Shown here: positions 13,570-27,627 of the stretch, piece after piece
Numbering within the stretch: the stretch's first letter is position 1
Layout of the letters: each line of letters begins with the position of its first letter
Assembly (NCBI RefSeq): GCF_009914755.1
Contig: NC_060926.1
DNA: 64,000 nt
Source: the human T2T-CHM13v2.0 reference genome, Homo sapiens
Strand: one strand, 5' to 3'
The notes under the pieces: model-generated
Seen by the model: the letters and a program-made list of their open reading frames with translations, nothing else
Database searches by the model: none
Told to the model about the DNA's origin: nothing
Position numbers and translations under genes: made by a program

Positions 13570-14070
13570 GGGCTGTACACAATGATGACTTCCTTGCAAA
13601 GATTACAGTATGGATTGGGGGAAAAGAGTCATTTGACAGTGGAGAAACTTGATAAATACTGCTACAGCCAAGTAAACAAGGTTAATATCAACAGTGGTAA
13701 GTCATGTAGCTGGTATATACCCTTGATATAATGTGATTAGAATTACACTTTACTCCTGTGATCTTCTTCCCCAGAACCTCAAGTCATAGTCTAATTATGA
13801 GAAAAACATCAGATTAAGGGTCACTCTACAAAGTATATGACTGAAGAAAGACATTAGATAAAAACTCCTAGGAAAAGAAATCTCCATGAAGCATGGACTT
13901 GAGTTAATAATAGTGTGCGGAAATTGGTTCATTAATTGTGACTGATTAGCAACTTCTAACATAAGATATTAATAATAGGAGAAACTGGGATATGTGGAAC
14001 TCCGTACTATATTTTTAATCTTTTCTGAAAACTTAAAACGATTATAAATGAGAAGTTTATAAAAAAAAGA
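12860..14070 (+). mobile_element. L1MD/L1MC-like 3' end, interrupted by AluSc
   Basis: atacaagatgatcctggagcatcttgcagtg...ctcaaggaagtggagcataattccccactccttaag...acagtggagaaacttg...caaggttaatatcaacagtggtaagtcatg...A-rich end. Confidence 0.8.
13253..13565 (+). mobile_element. AluSc
   Basis: gatcacgaggtcaaaagatcgagacc and agcctggcgacag (Sc-type positions); ~30-nt A-tail; TSD aagagggggctg at 13240-13251 and 13564-13575. Confidence 0.97.
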
Positions 14071-14515
14071 AACATTCTACATTCATTATATCACAATACA
14101 GGCATATCATTTCATTTTATAACTGCTTTTCCTCTTGACATTTGTTTTATTAGGATTTTACCTGGAAAATTATAGTTACATAGTGGAAAATGTGATTTAT
14201 GGTTGGTCTCCAACCAAACTTTTTATCTCCCAGGGATTTTTGTATCCAGAGCTTTTTTGAAAAATAATTAATAGAGTGAAACGTGTATAAACTGTAAAAT
14301 GTTTCTTATACCCTTTCTAACTTTTTGACTCCCTTTTCTGTCTGCCAGTGGATGAAATTTCTTTGCCTTTGTATATGTATGTACCAGTGTTGATCTGGAT
14401 AAATTAGAGACTTATTACTAATCTTTTCTAAAATTAATGCAAATATTATGTATCATGACATCCCTCTATTGCAAAAGTCACTTGTCTCTCCTGAAAAATC
14501 TCTCCTGATTTTTCC

Positions 14516-14769
<254 letters not shown>

Positions 14770-15239
14770 TGATTTTTCCTTTTAAAAATCAAAGTGTGTG
14801 CAGGCTTAGAATTACCACATTTATTTAGTAACATTGAATATGCAATTTTAACACTTCTATTTTAATCAGGAAAGCTGAACATGAAAAAAACCTACAGGTG
14901 TAAAGGTGGTGTCAGGGTTTCTGCAAACCTATTCCTTGTATTTTTTCTTCTTGAAAACTGGCATCAATGCCAATAACCCAGAGATCAGTTAAAATGAAAA
15001 AATAGTTAGCCATGTGCCTCTGGTGTTCAAGAGGAGCCAGGTGTTAAAGGGTCGAGTTTCACAGGTGTTTGCTGTAAGATCCTTAGGCTGAAGGCTCATA
15101 GAACTGTCACTTATGTTTATTTTATATTTGTATGTTTTAGGATATCTCAAGGATGCTTATGGTTTTTTTCTGTCTCTCACATACGATCTCCTTCATTACT
15201 GTGTTCTATGGGACACTGACACCATAGATTATGGTTGTT

Positions 15240-15420
15240 GAGACCAGAGTTAGGAGTAATAGACATAACTTTTAGACCTATTTCTATCACCTATTAAGTG
15301 GCTGTCAGTTTCCTTATCTAACAAACAGGGGCAATAATACCTGACCTGACTTTGGCAAGTTGGTTGATAAATCAAGTAAAATAACTGATGTGATAGCAGC
15401 GCTTTTAACTATAAAAACCC
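15240..15420 (+). mobile_element. MIR fragment
   Basis: gtcagtttccttatctaacaaacaggggcaataatacct resembles the MIR core. Confidence 0.55.
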
Positions 15421-15495
15421 ATATACATTAGAGAATTATTCCTATTTCTATTGATGAAGAACAACTACACAGAAATGAGCGAAACTAGTTGCAGG

Positions 15496-16122
15496 TATTG
15501 AAGCTCAGAAGATGATAACCTAAAATATGATGCTTTGATATGATGAACTAAAGAATCACCCTCAAGGTGTCTCTGATCTTTCCCCTCCCTCCTGTTTCTC
15601 AATCCTCTGTTTCGACCAAAGCACAGGATGAGGCTGTTCCCTAAAGTTCTCTTATCTACCTAGAAACCAGACCTGCCAAAGAGGAACACAATTGCCTTTG
15701 ATCCCCTCCCTGAAATGCGATTAATCTTTCCAGATTAATAGCATTTAATATCACAGAGGAAAAGACTGAAAATTAAACACCATACTTAGCGCCCAGAGAA
15801 ACTTTAACCTAAACCACGGTCTATTATCTGGTCCCATTCAATTTCCAAAGAGAATTATTTACTAACAACTGTCTGAACATTGGCCCAATTTATTCTCCTA
15901 AGAATCACTTACTGCCATTTGAAATTTTAAATTGCAATTTTAAATTCTGTGAAGAAAAGAGTGTAAAGGATCTGGACCCCTTTGGTCATTCTTGTGATTC
16001 TCTTGTGCTTATACACATTAAATAACTCTGTATGTCTTTTTCTCCTATTCATCTACCTATTGTAAGTTCATTTTCAGTGAACCTTTAGAAGGTGAAAGGG
16101 AAGCTTTCTCTTGGACTTTACA
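15496..16122 (+). mobile_element. ERV1 solo LTR, MER39/MER39B-like
   Basis: Starts ...ctcagaagatgataacctaaaatatgatgctttgatatgatgaac...ctcaaggtgtctctga; ends cagtgaacctttagaaggtgaaagggaagctttctcttggactttaca. Confidence 0.75.
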
Positions 16123-18449
16123 TTTGGAATATAGTATGCCTCTCTAGAAATGAAGAAAAGCTATGTGTAACTATCTGTAAAACTAGTAGTTCACCTTCCA
16201 CATGATAATAAAGCGTGAGGGCATACTTGACCTGAACTTTAAAAAATGCTTTGTCTACATGAGGATCATAATGAAGAATGTTTGAGGGCTAGTATTCCAG
16301 TTGTGTAAACAGAGTCTAGCTATATGTGAGACTGCAGATAGGCAAAATCCTACTTAGTTCCTATTATTTGAAATGTAAAACAGGGGAGCAGTCAAAACAA
16401 AACCACAAGAACACACCAATGTACACTGGGAATTGCATAATATTATGGACATTAATATTTTATTTTACAGAGATGGCCTTATGTAAATTCAACTCTTCCT
16501 CTCCCTTTCTAGAAAATGCTTGATTTCTCTTTTTCTTGACAAAATTCTGGAATAATTACACTGTTATTTCTATTTCTCTTGTAGTTCAAATTCTACTCTA
16601 AGAAACTTCCAGTCAATATTGTCTATGGGTAGAAGAATTAGAAACAGAAACAATAAAGTAGTGGGAAGGTTTGTAGATATTTCTGAGGTTCTGAAGCCAG
16701 AGAATGTGCTTGGGATTTAAGTAGTGGGCGGGTAAGAAGGAATAAATTATTATGAGAGATTGAGTTAAAAAAAAAGAACAAAAAAGGTCAAGTGCTATAC
16801 TTGGGGAACTGTCTATAAGTTGGAATGTGAAAATGATCTAGTAAAATTAGAGATGGGGTCTGAGGGATAGGGAGAATGTAAAGATAGAGTAAGGAAGATT
16901 ACACAGCTAGAACAACTTTATTTTCCTGAATATCTTTTTCAATTGCTTTTGAATATAGGCTTATACAGATTTTAAAAATGCTTGTAAATCAGTGAACTAG
17001 AAAAGTTTCTACCTTTCAATTCTGATTCAAGCATCATTTCCTCTGAGAACTAGAAAATTAAAAATAAAAACATGCATTAGCCACATCACTACCTTATGAA
17101 ATCTAATTTAAATATCTCTTCTTTCATTTGATTGAGTCATCGGTCTGTTTATAGCCTTGTTTCAAAGTGTATTGTATTTGAAATTCCTTACTGATGAATT
17201 GGAAACTGCAATTAAAAGGATATTGGGAAAACATTATTTTGAGAGTGGAAAAACAGATTCTCACTAAAATAATGTTGGATGGATAATAATTTTATCAGCA
17301 ACTACCAGCAACTACTCTCTGCATTTCCAACTATAGAGGAACTTTGGTAGTTTTTACGTCTCATTACATCTCATCAATATTAACAAATATAACAACACAA
17401 GCTATTGTGGCACTTCTGCTTTTAATTTTTCTTTGATAAAACAGGTCTTGGCTAGTGAAACACGGGCTAATGTTGACCCGGTAGTGTTTTCCAATTTGAT
17501 GAATCTTCATCTAACCTCTTTAATTCTTGCACATTTTATCATAGACACCAGTGTAAGTGAAGACCTATAATTCTGTCTGCATTGTCTGGACACTATGTGC
17601 AATTTCTGTTTCTTTCTGGAACCAGTAAGATGAAGAGTGAGAAATAGGAAATCTTACCAAGCTATAAATTGGCATGAAAATGGTAATAACTATTAGGATG
17701 CAAATATTTTTTGATTCATATGTCTCTGTTTCTTACTGAAATAAGAAATAGGAGCAGTTATAATTGTTATATTGAGTAGTTTTCTTTATCCAAAGACTTC
17801 TGATTCGATTTCACTGGTATTATTTTCAATTTATTACATTTACTCATTGCCTAGAATAGACTAATTCACATGGAAAAGAATCATTTTAGAAAATAGCTTA
17901 GTAAATAATAATATATAAGCCAAATTGTGTTTGTAAATTCAAGGCATATTTGACATCAAGTGGGAGACATTCGCAGGCTGACCTTAAACCTATCTCTAGA
18001 GTAGCTCTACTCAAAAGTGGTACTCTACTCTGTCTTTTACAAAATGATGCAATTAGATATTATAGTATCTTAGTTGTCATAGGTACTATGGTTCATGTAC
18101 AGATCTTTTCACACAAGTACAGATAGAAAAGCCAAAGTGGCTCTGGCCAGCTTCCAAGAACATTTCAGTGCTCTTCAAAGACACTTGGAAATGGACTTCA
18201 GGAATGCAAATGTTAAGTTATCTGCGACTAGAACTCAGCAAGATAAATACACCCTTTAAGCAGCAACTAATCGAATTGACTTCCTTTTCCTTTCTGCTTC
18301 ATGAGAGGCCTGTTCTCCAAGGCTGCATGGCTCCCAGGTGCCTTTGTCTCTGTTTTGTGGTCAACTCTAAATACCTACATTTGCTCTACAGTGACATTAA
18401 ATGGGTCTTTAGGTGTGCGGTGTGTCCATCTAGACAATTTATCATCCTG

Positions 18450-18560
18450 ATATGGAAGACCCTACAAGATCAGAGTGGTTTTTTTAAAATTTTTCTTTCT
18501 GTATTTCCAGAACCTGGAACAGTGCCTGATACAAGAAGACATTAGCTAATGAGTTGAGAT
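18450..18560 (+). mobile_element. L2 3' end fragment
   Basis: ctgtatttccagaacctggaacagtgcctgatac. Confidence 0.6.
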
Positions 18561-18649
18561 TTAATCATTAGATGGACTATAGCTTATTGATCTATAGGTG
18601 TATATTAGTGTATTTGTTACAGATAAATTACTCTATCTTGTGAAGTTAA

Positions 18650-19305
<656 letters not shown>

Positions 19306-19707
19306 AACCCACCCTTCTTATCTGTCTCCAGAACACAGAGAACAGTTCTCTTTTTAGGAAAATGTTATTTCTTGAACTCCATGTGCCATGTGTGTGAGAG
19401 GAAGGGTGGGAGTGACCTTGGCAGCTTGAGATACAACTCAGTATAAAGTAAAACCAAGAGCCATATTACTTTAAAATTTAATGCTGAAGATTTGTAGATC
19501 ATCAGAAAAATTATTAATTAATCCTGTTCACCCTTTTGATTTCTTTTTGGTCATAACTACTCTGTGATAATATTTACTATTTTCATTTCTCATGGAAAAT
19601 GGAGAAACTAGCATCTCTCTTATAATGTGCATATTTCTCCATGTTTTCAAAGCTCCTTCAAAGTTCTGTGTATTTCAATAACAACATTGATTTTTAAAAA
19701 CTAAAGG

Positions 19708-19780
19708 TACATCTGCTAGGTCTTCTCTTCTTTGTAATTAGTAAACACAACTAATTATAAAAAGGAGAAGACCTAGTGTA
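19708..19780. repeat. Inverted repeat (27-bp arms, 7-nt loop, 4-bp extension)
   Basis: ctaggtcttctcttctttgtaattagt-aaacaca-actaattataaaaaggagaagacctag; 24 of 27 positions are Watson-Crick. Confidence 0.9.
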
Positions 19781-19900
19781 ATAATTTGTGTTTAAAACAC
19801 AAATATATATAGGTTTAAAACACTGGACAGAATGAAGGGGCTCAGCATAAAGTGAAACCATATTATATAAGCATATATATATGTGTTTAAAACACTAGAC

Positions 19901-19933
19901 TGTGTGTGTGTGTGTGTGTGTATGTATATATAT
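19901..19933. repeat. (TG)n/(TA)n microsatellite
   Basis: Directly visible. Confidence 0.95.
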
Positions 19934-20510
19934 ACTTTATATACTTCCCACTGAACTCTTCATATGTTGCCATGATTACAATTAGACAGGGAGAAAAAAG
20001 TGCTGGCACAGCACACTCAAGCTTTACTCAATAATAAGGCATAATTCTAATAACCACCAAATATGTATAAAATAGGTTGAGCTACTTCACAAAGATTGAG
20101 AAAATAATAGATTTTACTTTAAAAGGAATTGTCATTTGAATGGAAACCCTAATACCCGACTTCAAACTAAAAGTAACATTAAAATGAAGTCTATAGACCT
20201 GAAAAAGAGGCCAGGATCATATTCATGCTGATTAGTGAAACACAAAACGTGACTCTTTTGAATCACAAAATGAGATTCTGAAGCATTTGTTCAAATGTGG
20301 CAAATAAATATGTCATCCTTTACTTATATAAAATTGTGATATTCTCTCCCTTGGAATATTTAAGGAATGCATGCAGACATTTTTTTTTCACATCACTCTA
20401 GAATCAAACTAACTCGAGTGGCATGTAGTCAAAGAATGTGAAAGAAAATGATTAACAGGAGTAGAAGATTTGTATAAATTAGCTGCTGTCAAAGACAAAA
20501 TTTAATGATT

Positions 20511-21021
<511 letters not shown>

Positions 21022-21226
21022 AGAACTTCCCATTTTAGAAAAACGAAAGTTAGAATGTATAATTATGTGAGGGTAAAAAGGCTCTTAAAATTAAAAAAAA
21101 AATGTATAAAGGTTAATCAGATTTTTGATGATGGTCTGATATTTAGAATCACTTTCTTGAAGTTGAAAAGAAGTTTATTTATGCCCCAATCCTAAATAAT
21201 TTATGAGCTGGGGCACCATGAATTTT
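21022..21226 (+). repeat. Copy 2 of the ~200-bp direct duplication
   Basis: Near-identical to 20511-20710; followed by aaaa, giving TTTT/AAAA. Confidence 0.97.
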
Positions 21227-22454
21227 AAAATAGACTTTAAAATAAAATAATGGGTTTAGATAAGTTACTGGAAAATGCAATACCTAATAAAATTTATTAT
21301 GAGATGCCTACTATTTCGGATATGACCCTAACATTTTACTATTGATTCAAGGAATATATTCATCTTCTATTGAGAAAGCAGACATGTTGATGCTTCGGTC
21401 AGAGAAAAAGCTACTGAGTTGGATGGACCATGGATCTGCCCTAGTTGGGTGTTTATCTTTTTAATGGAACTTATACTTTATGAAATATCTATAGTGGTGA
21501 AGCTAAATGTGCTGAGATACGGAAAATGTAAAAAGCATGATTTCCTGTAGCTTTACCAGTGCTCATCTATCTCCCTGTTTACAGCAGGCTCCAGATTGAT
21601 CTTTGGATGGAAATGGATTAGGGATAAATATGTGTTAATTTAGCATAGCTTTCTGGATTCACACCATCGTAAACTTTAGAAGAAAAATGAGAGGACTTCC
21701 TTTCCTTTTCAAAAAGTACAATCCATATTGGGCAGAACCAAAACACATGCCTGAAGAGTATGCATTTAAGGAGTCATTTCTGTGACTGACTTTGTTGTAC
21801 AACTAAACACAGATGTGAAAATATTTTCAGTAACATCACATGTGCAAGTTTTCTGGAAGTCTTGAGTAATCTTTTAGAAGTACATGAAATTAAAAATTTT
21901 TTAAAACTGATTTGTTTTAATCTCATATGCATGTATATAATTATTTAAATACAGACCCTCACATCAAAACTGAATTCATGTGTCCATATTTATTGAGTAC
22001 CTTGTTGCAGCAGGCAATGTTCCATACCCTTCTAGATAGGCTAGCTTCGTGCATCATTATTAAAACCTACTGAGAATGAATTTAAGAATGTCAGAGTGAT
22101 CCACGCCCAGCAGTGAGGTGAAATGAGCTCTTTCCTGCTCACCTCACAGTATCTAAGGTCCTGCTGAAAAAGAAGGACAATCCATGGGGTCGTTGTGAAG
22201 GTTAATGATGTGTGCGCGTCCTTTTTTTCCTCAACATATCTGAGGTGCTAACCAGAGTTAGTCTGCAATAGCAGTTTCATGAAGTTGTCAATGTTTGTAA
22301 GAATATAGAATGCATGGAGGATCCAAATTAGTGTAAATAATTCATTTACTGTTAGAGAATCAAGTAGATAGATATGGTTGTATATATTTTTTTCGCATGC
22401 CATCCATTTACAAACTGGGATTGACAAGAATCTATTAGAAAATATGACTGCACT

Positions 22455-22690
22455 GTGTTCTCACTCGTAAGTGGGAGTTGAACAATGAGAACACATGGAC
22501 ACAGGGAGGGGAATATCACACACCAGGGCCTGTCGAGGGGCAGTGGGGTAGGGGAGGGATAGCATTAGGAGAAATACCTAATGTAGATGACAGGTTGATG
22601 AGTGCAGCAAATCACCATGGGGCGTGTATACCTATGTAACAAACCTGCATGTTCTGCACATGTACCCCAGAACTTAAAGTATTTAAAAAA
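22455..22690 (+). mobile_element. Severely 5'-truncated L1PA (PA7/8-like), 3' UTR only
   Basis: gttctcactcgtaagtgggagttgaacaatgagaac...cagaacttaaagt plus A-tail; 18-bp TSD agaaaatatgactgcact at 22437-22454 and 22691-22708. Confidence 0.95.
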
Positions 22691-24554
22691 AGAAAATATG
22701 ACTGCACTAACAATGTTTCCTTTTCCCAATGTGTCCTTTTCCCAAGTGTTTCACTATATTGGATACTTGAGTTCAATATAAAATTTATAGTTATTCTCAA
22801 AGACATACTTGACTTGAGTGGTACAATTACATTTAAACTAGATTCAGTTATTTACATCTTTAAGGGACACTATTCACTATTGCTTTTTTTTTTTTTTTTT
22901 TTTTTTCACTGAAAGCTCAGCAGACCTATAAAGAGCTTGGCTTTAAAATTCTCAGGCCACAAATGGCAGGTTGATTTATATTTGGTAGTTTAACTTTTCA
23001 TTATAAACTCAATATTCTTATTGGTTGCATTGTCTCATCAGCACTAACAAAGGGTGGGACCTGATTAACCTACAGAGGACTGATGGCTTGAAGAAATGTC
23101 TCCTGTCTTGTTGACAACAGGCTAGTTTCTTGACTATTGAAACTAAGCTCTCATCAGATGTCCAATACCTCATTCATACTCAATACTGTCTAGACTATGG
23201 GCTCTTTGATGATAGGGATAGTATTATATTTATTCCTTGACTCTAATAGCACAGCTTGTTATAGAAATTGATATATATTAAGAATCTACAAAATCAAATT
23301 CCAGGCTTTAATTTCATCTTGGACAAGAAACCTGTAAAGGGGAAGTTACCTTTGTATGTCTTGTATGTAGCATCAGGTTAATCATAATGCTAGTTGCCTT
23401 CAATTTCTGCTGCTGGTTTCTATCCATATTGCACTAGTTACTGACCCCTGAAACCCAATCAAACCTAGGCCTTCAGTGTTTGGGTCATTCCTCCATTGAC
23501 CTATTCATCTGAGTTATCAGTGAGATCTTTACCTCACTGAGCCTTTGGATTTAAAATTCTATCTCCATTCATTCCCCAAGGAAATACTTGACTCATGTAG
23601 TACAATTAAAATCAAAATGAATTTACTAATTTGTTCCTTGAAAGACATCATTCCTTTCTTCACTTAACAAGAGGATTTTTGCTAATTCCTCTTACGTCAT
23701 CCTTTGCCCACGTTCATCAAAGAACTTTAAAGCAGAAAAGGGGTTAAAAATTCTTGCCTCTACGACTTTCCCTTTCCTGATTTTTGAGACAAGAGAGGTT
23801 TTAAGGTGTAGAGAGTTAAGCAACTTGTATAATATTACCAATGGAGTTAGAAGCCTAGCCGAGGATCAACATTCTGGAATCTTCTCTCCACATCATAGGT
23901 TTCCTCTGTTTCTTCAGAAACGTTCATTTGTGCCTCAGGCCTTGCTACTATTTCTATTACTCAGCTACCAAAACCCACCTGATTGTCTTTACTTCCACTC
24001 AGAAGCGTGTACCATGTTACTAGATTTCTCTGAGTAACTTCCTGGGGATAAGGATTAGTGTTAAGCTTCAGGGAAGGTACCCTAAATTTTACCAGTTGCA
24101 AAAACTTCTCGGGTGTCTATGTCTGACAGTTTTAATACCATATCAGAACCTGCTTTAGGGGTTCCTGGGCCCTGGACCCACTTTGGATTTTAGGAGGTAG
24201 ATTTTGTCCCTTTGACCCCAAAGTATGATGCATTCAGCTTATTGACCTCCCCTATTTCTTCCACATGAAACCATGGATCAGTATTTAGTCCACAGTTTGA
24301 ACTTTCTTTCTTCCTGGGCCTTGGGAAATATCCTGGTGATATCGAATCCATGTCTACCTGAAATCGGCAGCAGGCTGCCCCTTTGTGAATGTCTTCAGTA
24401 TTTGCCTAAAGTATCCTTCAGTGACAAACCTTTTTCCACTCTTTAATCCCTGACTTACTTCTGGCCTTGAGAATCACCTTCTGTTTATTGTAGATTGAGG
24501 GCAAACTGACAGCCCCAGGCACAGAAGATGAGGTACCCATCATCCAGTGCCAGC

Positions 24555-24745
24555 TCAATTTTTTCTCTTCTGCCTCTAATTTATTTTATTATTCTCCAGG
24601 CATCTGCATTATTAGCAATTTCTTTTTCTGCATCATTTTTTTCATATTTATGTTTCCTTTTCTCCTCTTCCTCCTCCTCAACCTCCTTCTCTTTTTTTTT
24701 CTTTCTCTCCCCCTTTTCTTCTCTATCTCTTTAGTCCTTCTCTCC
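24555..24745. repeat. Pyrimidine-rich low-complexity tract
   Basis: CT-rich run (tctcctcttcctcctcctc...ctttctctcccccttttctt). Confidence 0.8.
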
Positions 24746-25189
24746 AATCTATAAACATTCTCATCTCTGATCTTCAAACAAAAATAGAATCTTAACCTTA
24801 CTTGGTCTTATAAAATGATTTACCATTAAGTCTCTTCCTCCAGAAAAATCATTTTTCCTCAGCCCTTCTTTACTTCCCAGCCTACTACACTCTGGCTTAT
24901 TTTGAACTCACTATCTTTTTATTCCCTGTACTTCTCTGAATACATGTACTTGAAGTTCTCTTACAACCTCTCATTAAAGTGTTGCTGTCAACAGGAATTC
25001 CATTTTTCTCTATAATGACACAACTCTACTCTGGCTCGCTAATCCCATGCACACTAATAGCTTCAAATAACTACAAATATTCTGATTATTCCTAAATCAA
25101 GGGTCTTGCCCAAAACTCTATTTTGAGATTTAGACTCATACTCTACCATTTGCAGAACATCTCTCTCCACCTGTTGAGTTTTGTAGGTT

Positions 25190-25319
25190 AAGAATGACCA
25201 TGTAATTCATTTCCTGACGTGACACTTTTGAGAGGAGAGAGGGTGTTATTAATAATTAAGCTAGAACAACAGGCATAAATCAGCACAGTTCATGCAAATC
25301 ACCGTGAATGATCATCCTA
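25190..25319. mobile_element. MER94 (hAT-Blackjack) MITE
   Basis: tgaccatgtaattcat...gacacttttgagaggagagagggtgttattaataattaagctagaacaacaggcataaatc...tgatcatccta matches recalled MER94 with decayed tagggtgacca termini. Confidence 0.75.
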
Positions 25320-25619
25320 TACAGGTATCTCAAAGGCAGCATGTCACACAGAAGTAAACTAATCAACTTTGTTTCAAACCTCATCTTCCTCCTACATTCT
25401 CTAAAGTAATTACTAATACCACCATCGTCTATTCACCCAAGCAAAAAATCTGAAAACATCTTTGATCCCTCCTACTTTTTTACTCTCATACCTTCATCTC
25501 AATCCTCCGATTTAGCCTAATGCATATTGCTTGGATGTATCTGTTTCTATTTCTGCTCTCATTATTCAAGTACAGGCTCTCATCTTTATAGCTTGTCCAT
25601 AATTGCTCTCTCTCCAGTC

Positions 25620-25666
25620 TTGATCCACCAAAATTCATTCTTGACCCACCAAAATTCATTCTTGAC
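25620..25666. repeat. 21-bp tandem duplication (2.2 copies)
   Basis: ttgatccaccaaaattcattc ttgacccaccaaaattcattc ttgac. Confidence 0.9.
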
Positions 25667-26724
25667 AAGCTGTCAGAATGCAACCACACCACATTACACT
25701 GTGGAAAACCCTTCAGTATTTTTCTTCACCTGGAGCAGAAGTTCCCATCCTTTTTAAATTAAAAGTGTTCCACAAACAAATCTTCACAGGGTAAAGTTTG
25801 AGCTATTAGTGTTTAATACAACTTATCATTTTGCATGATGCTATAAATGGTACTATACATTTATTTAGGCTTATAGATAAATTTGCAATTAAATAATCGA
25901 TACAGCTTGCAAACTGTTGAAAAATAAAAATGTATATAAAATTTTATTTTTCAATGTGCTTTTGTTTCTAAGTATGGCTTTTAAGATGCATTATATTAAC
26001 TCATGACCCCCTGAGGAGCCTCAGTCTAGTTTGAGAAACTGGTTCCTTATTGGCCTGACACAGTAAGTTCTCCATCATCAGGTCATTGCCTATACCTTTT
26101 CTCCATTACTCATCTTTTCTCTGTTGCTCACCTCACACCTTCTCAATGAAGGTAATTGCAAACAACTGGCTGGATATGGAGAGAAATCGAGGGATACTGG
26201 AGGGATATGGAGTTTTTTCCAGTGGGCTTTTTGACATTTGGTTTATCTGTCTCTCTTGTCTTTCCATTCAAAGCCATCTGGACTCTTTCCCTAGAATAGT
26301 CTTTCTAAAACCCTGCTTTTGTTATGCAAAAGAAACATACAATGACTCTTTCCTCCCATATAAGCCCTGTTGTCCTCTGTCTGGTATTCAAGTCCCTGGA
26401 AAAATGGATCCCCACACCAATCCAGTCCAGTCTTAAAGCATCCCAATATTCCTCAACATCACACACAGCTTGTTCCAGGCCAGTAGCCCTGCATGTTTCT
26501 GGGTGCCCATCCATCACATTCTTACTTCTACTATATTGGCATTGTCCTTGGAGTCTTCCCCTCCTGCATATCTAGACAATCTTCTCAACTCTGTTCTACT
26601 TTTAAAAATCCCATTCATTCCTCAAGAACCAACTCAAGTCACTCTTTCTTTAGGAAGCCCTCTTGAGAACTTAAAGCCAAATTAATTCCTACTCTCTGAA
26701 CTCCTACAAATGTTGAGGGAGTCA

Positions 26725-26830
26725 GGCAGCTTGTCATAGAAAGAGCATAAGCCTTGAGCTGAGATTCCTGGATTTGGAACCATGTCTGACACTTATTAGC
26801 TGTGGGCAGATTATCTGATACTTCAAATCA
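26725..26830 (+). mobile_element. MIR fragment
   Basis: agaaagagcataagccttgag...cctggatttggaacc...acacttattagctgtgggcag. Confidence 0.6.
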
Positions 26831-27556
26831 CTCATGAGTAATACACAACTCAAAAGTCTTGGTTCTACAGTAAAAAAAAGTCCATTTTAAACATTACTTG
26901 ACTGCCTCTCTTACGAAATTTAGATGACAGGAAACGTCTTATATTCCAACTTTGTGGTCAGATTCAGAGAGTTCTCAGTGGTTGACTTGTTGATTGATTA
27001 ATTTCCTTTCAGATACAAAATCTACACAGAGCAAATTTAAGCCACCTACAGTATTTAATAGTACTCATAATTAAATTCAATTTCTCTTTATTAACTCTGA
27101 CCCCTTGTAATCCTTTTCATTAATTATGCACGACTTCTACATTATGTTTTCTTTGAACTGCATATTCCTATAGCTGTTTTTACCTTTCACGATTTTCTTT
27201 TATTTTAATTTATCCAGTAGTACCATTCTCAGCGCAAAATATTTTTAATATTTGAAATCTACCAAATTTCCCCCATCATATAGAATGAAGGACATGAATA
27301 CCAGAAATCCAATTATAGCATTGCCATATATAGTTTTTCCTAAATAAAATCACATTTCACTATTTTTATTTGAGCTTTAGTTAGAGCAATTGCTACAGAG
27401 GAAATAAATAATAGTAATAGAAAGTTTTCTGAGTTGGTGCTTTTGGAGATACCATTATTTATCACTGTGGCTGTTAGACAAATGTTTATTGCTAGACAGC
27501 TAAGGCCAAAAAGAAAAGAGAGATTGAATGAAGACTGCCTGCTGTTGGCATGCATG

Positions 27557-27627
27557 AGTGTGTGTGTGTGTGTGTGTCTGTCTCTGTGTGTTTCTATATG
27601 CATGTGTATGTGTATGTGCACATGTGT
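27557..27627. repeat. (TG)n-rich microsatellite
   Basis: Directly visible; it produces the spurious CV/HT-repeat ORFs. Confidence 0.9.

Larger units (their letters stand above)
24870..26700 (+). mobile_element. Fragmented L2, interrupted by hAT elements
   Basis: L2-like segments, e.g. tagcttcaaataactacaaatattctgattattcctaaatc, accatcgtctattcacccaagcaaaaaatctgaaaacatctttgatccctc and ctcaagtcactctttctttaggaagccctc. Confidence 0.55.

Noticed and set aside
17445-17552. Possible 108-nt + strand exon (aaaacag|GTC...AGT|gtaagt), open in one frame
   Set aside because: The acceptor has an A-rich run before AG, the peptide is unrecognised, and phase 0 is incompatible with the phase-1 donor at 8413; within chance expectation.
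24528-24777. K/R-rich and S/F-rich ORFs resembling basic or membrane proteins
   Set aside because: Products of a CT-rich low-complexity tract.
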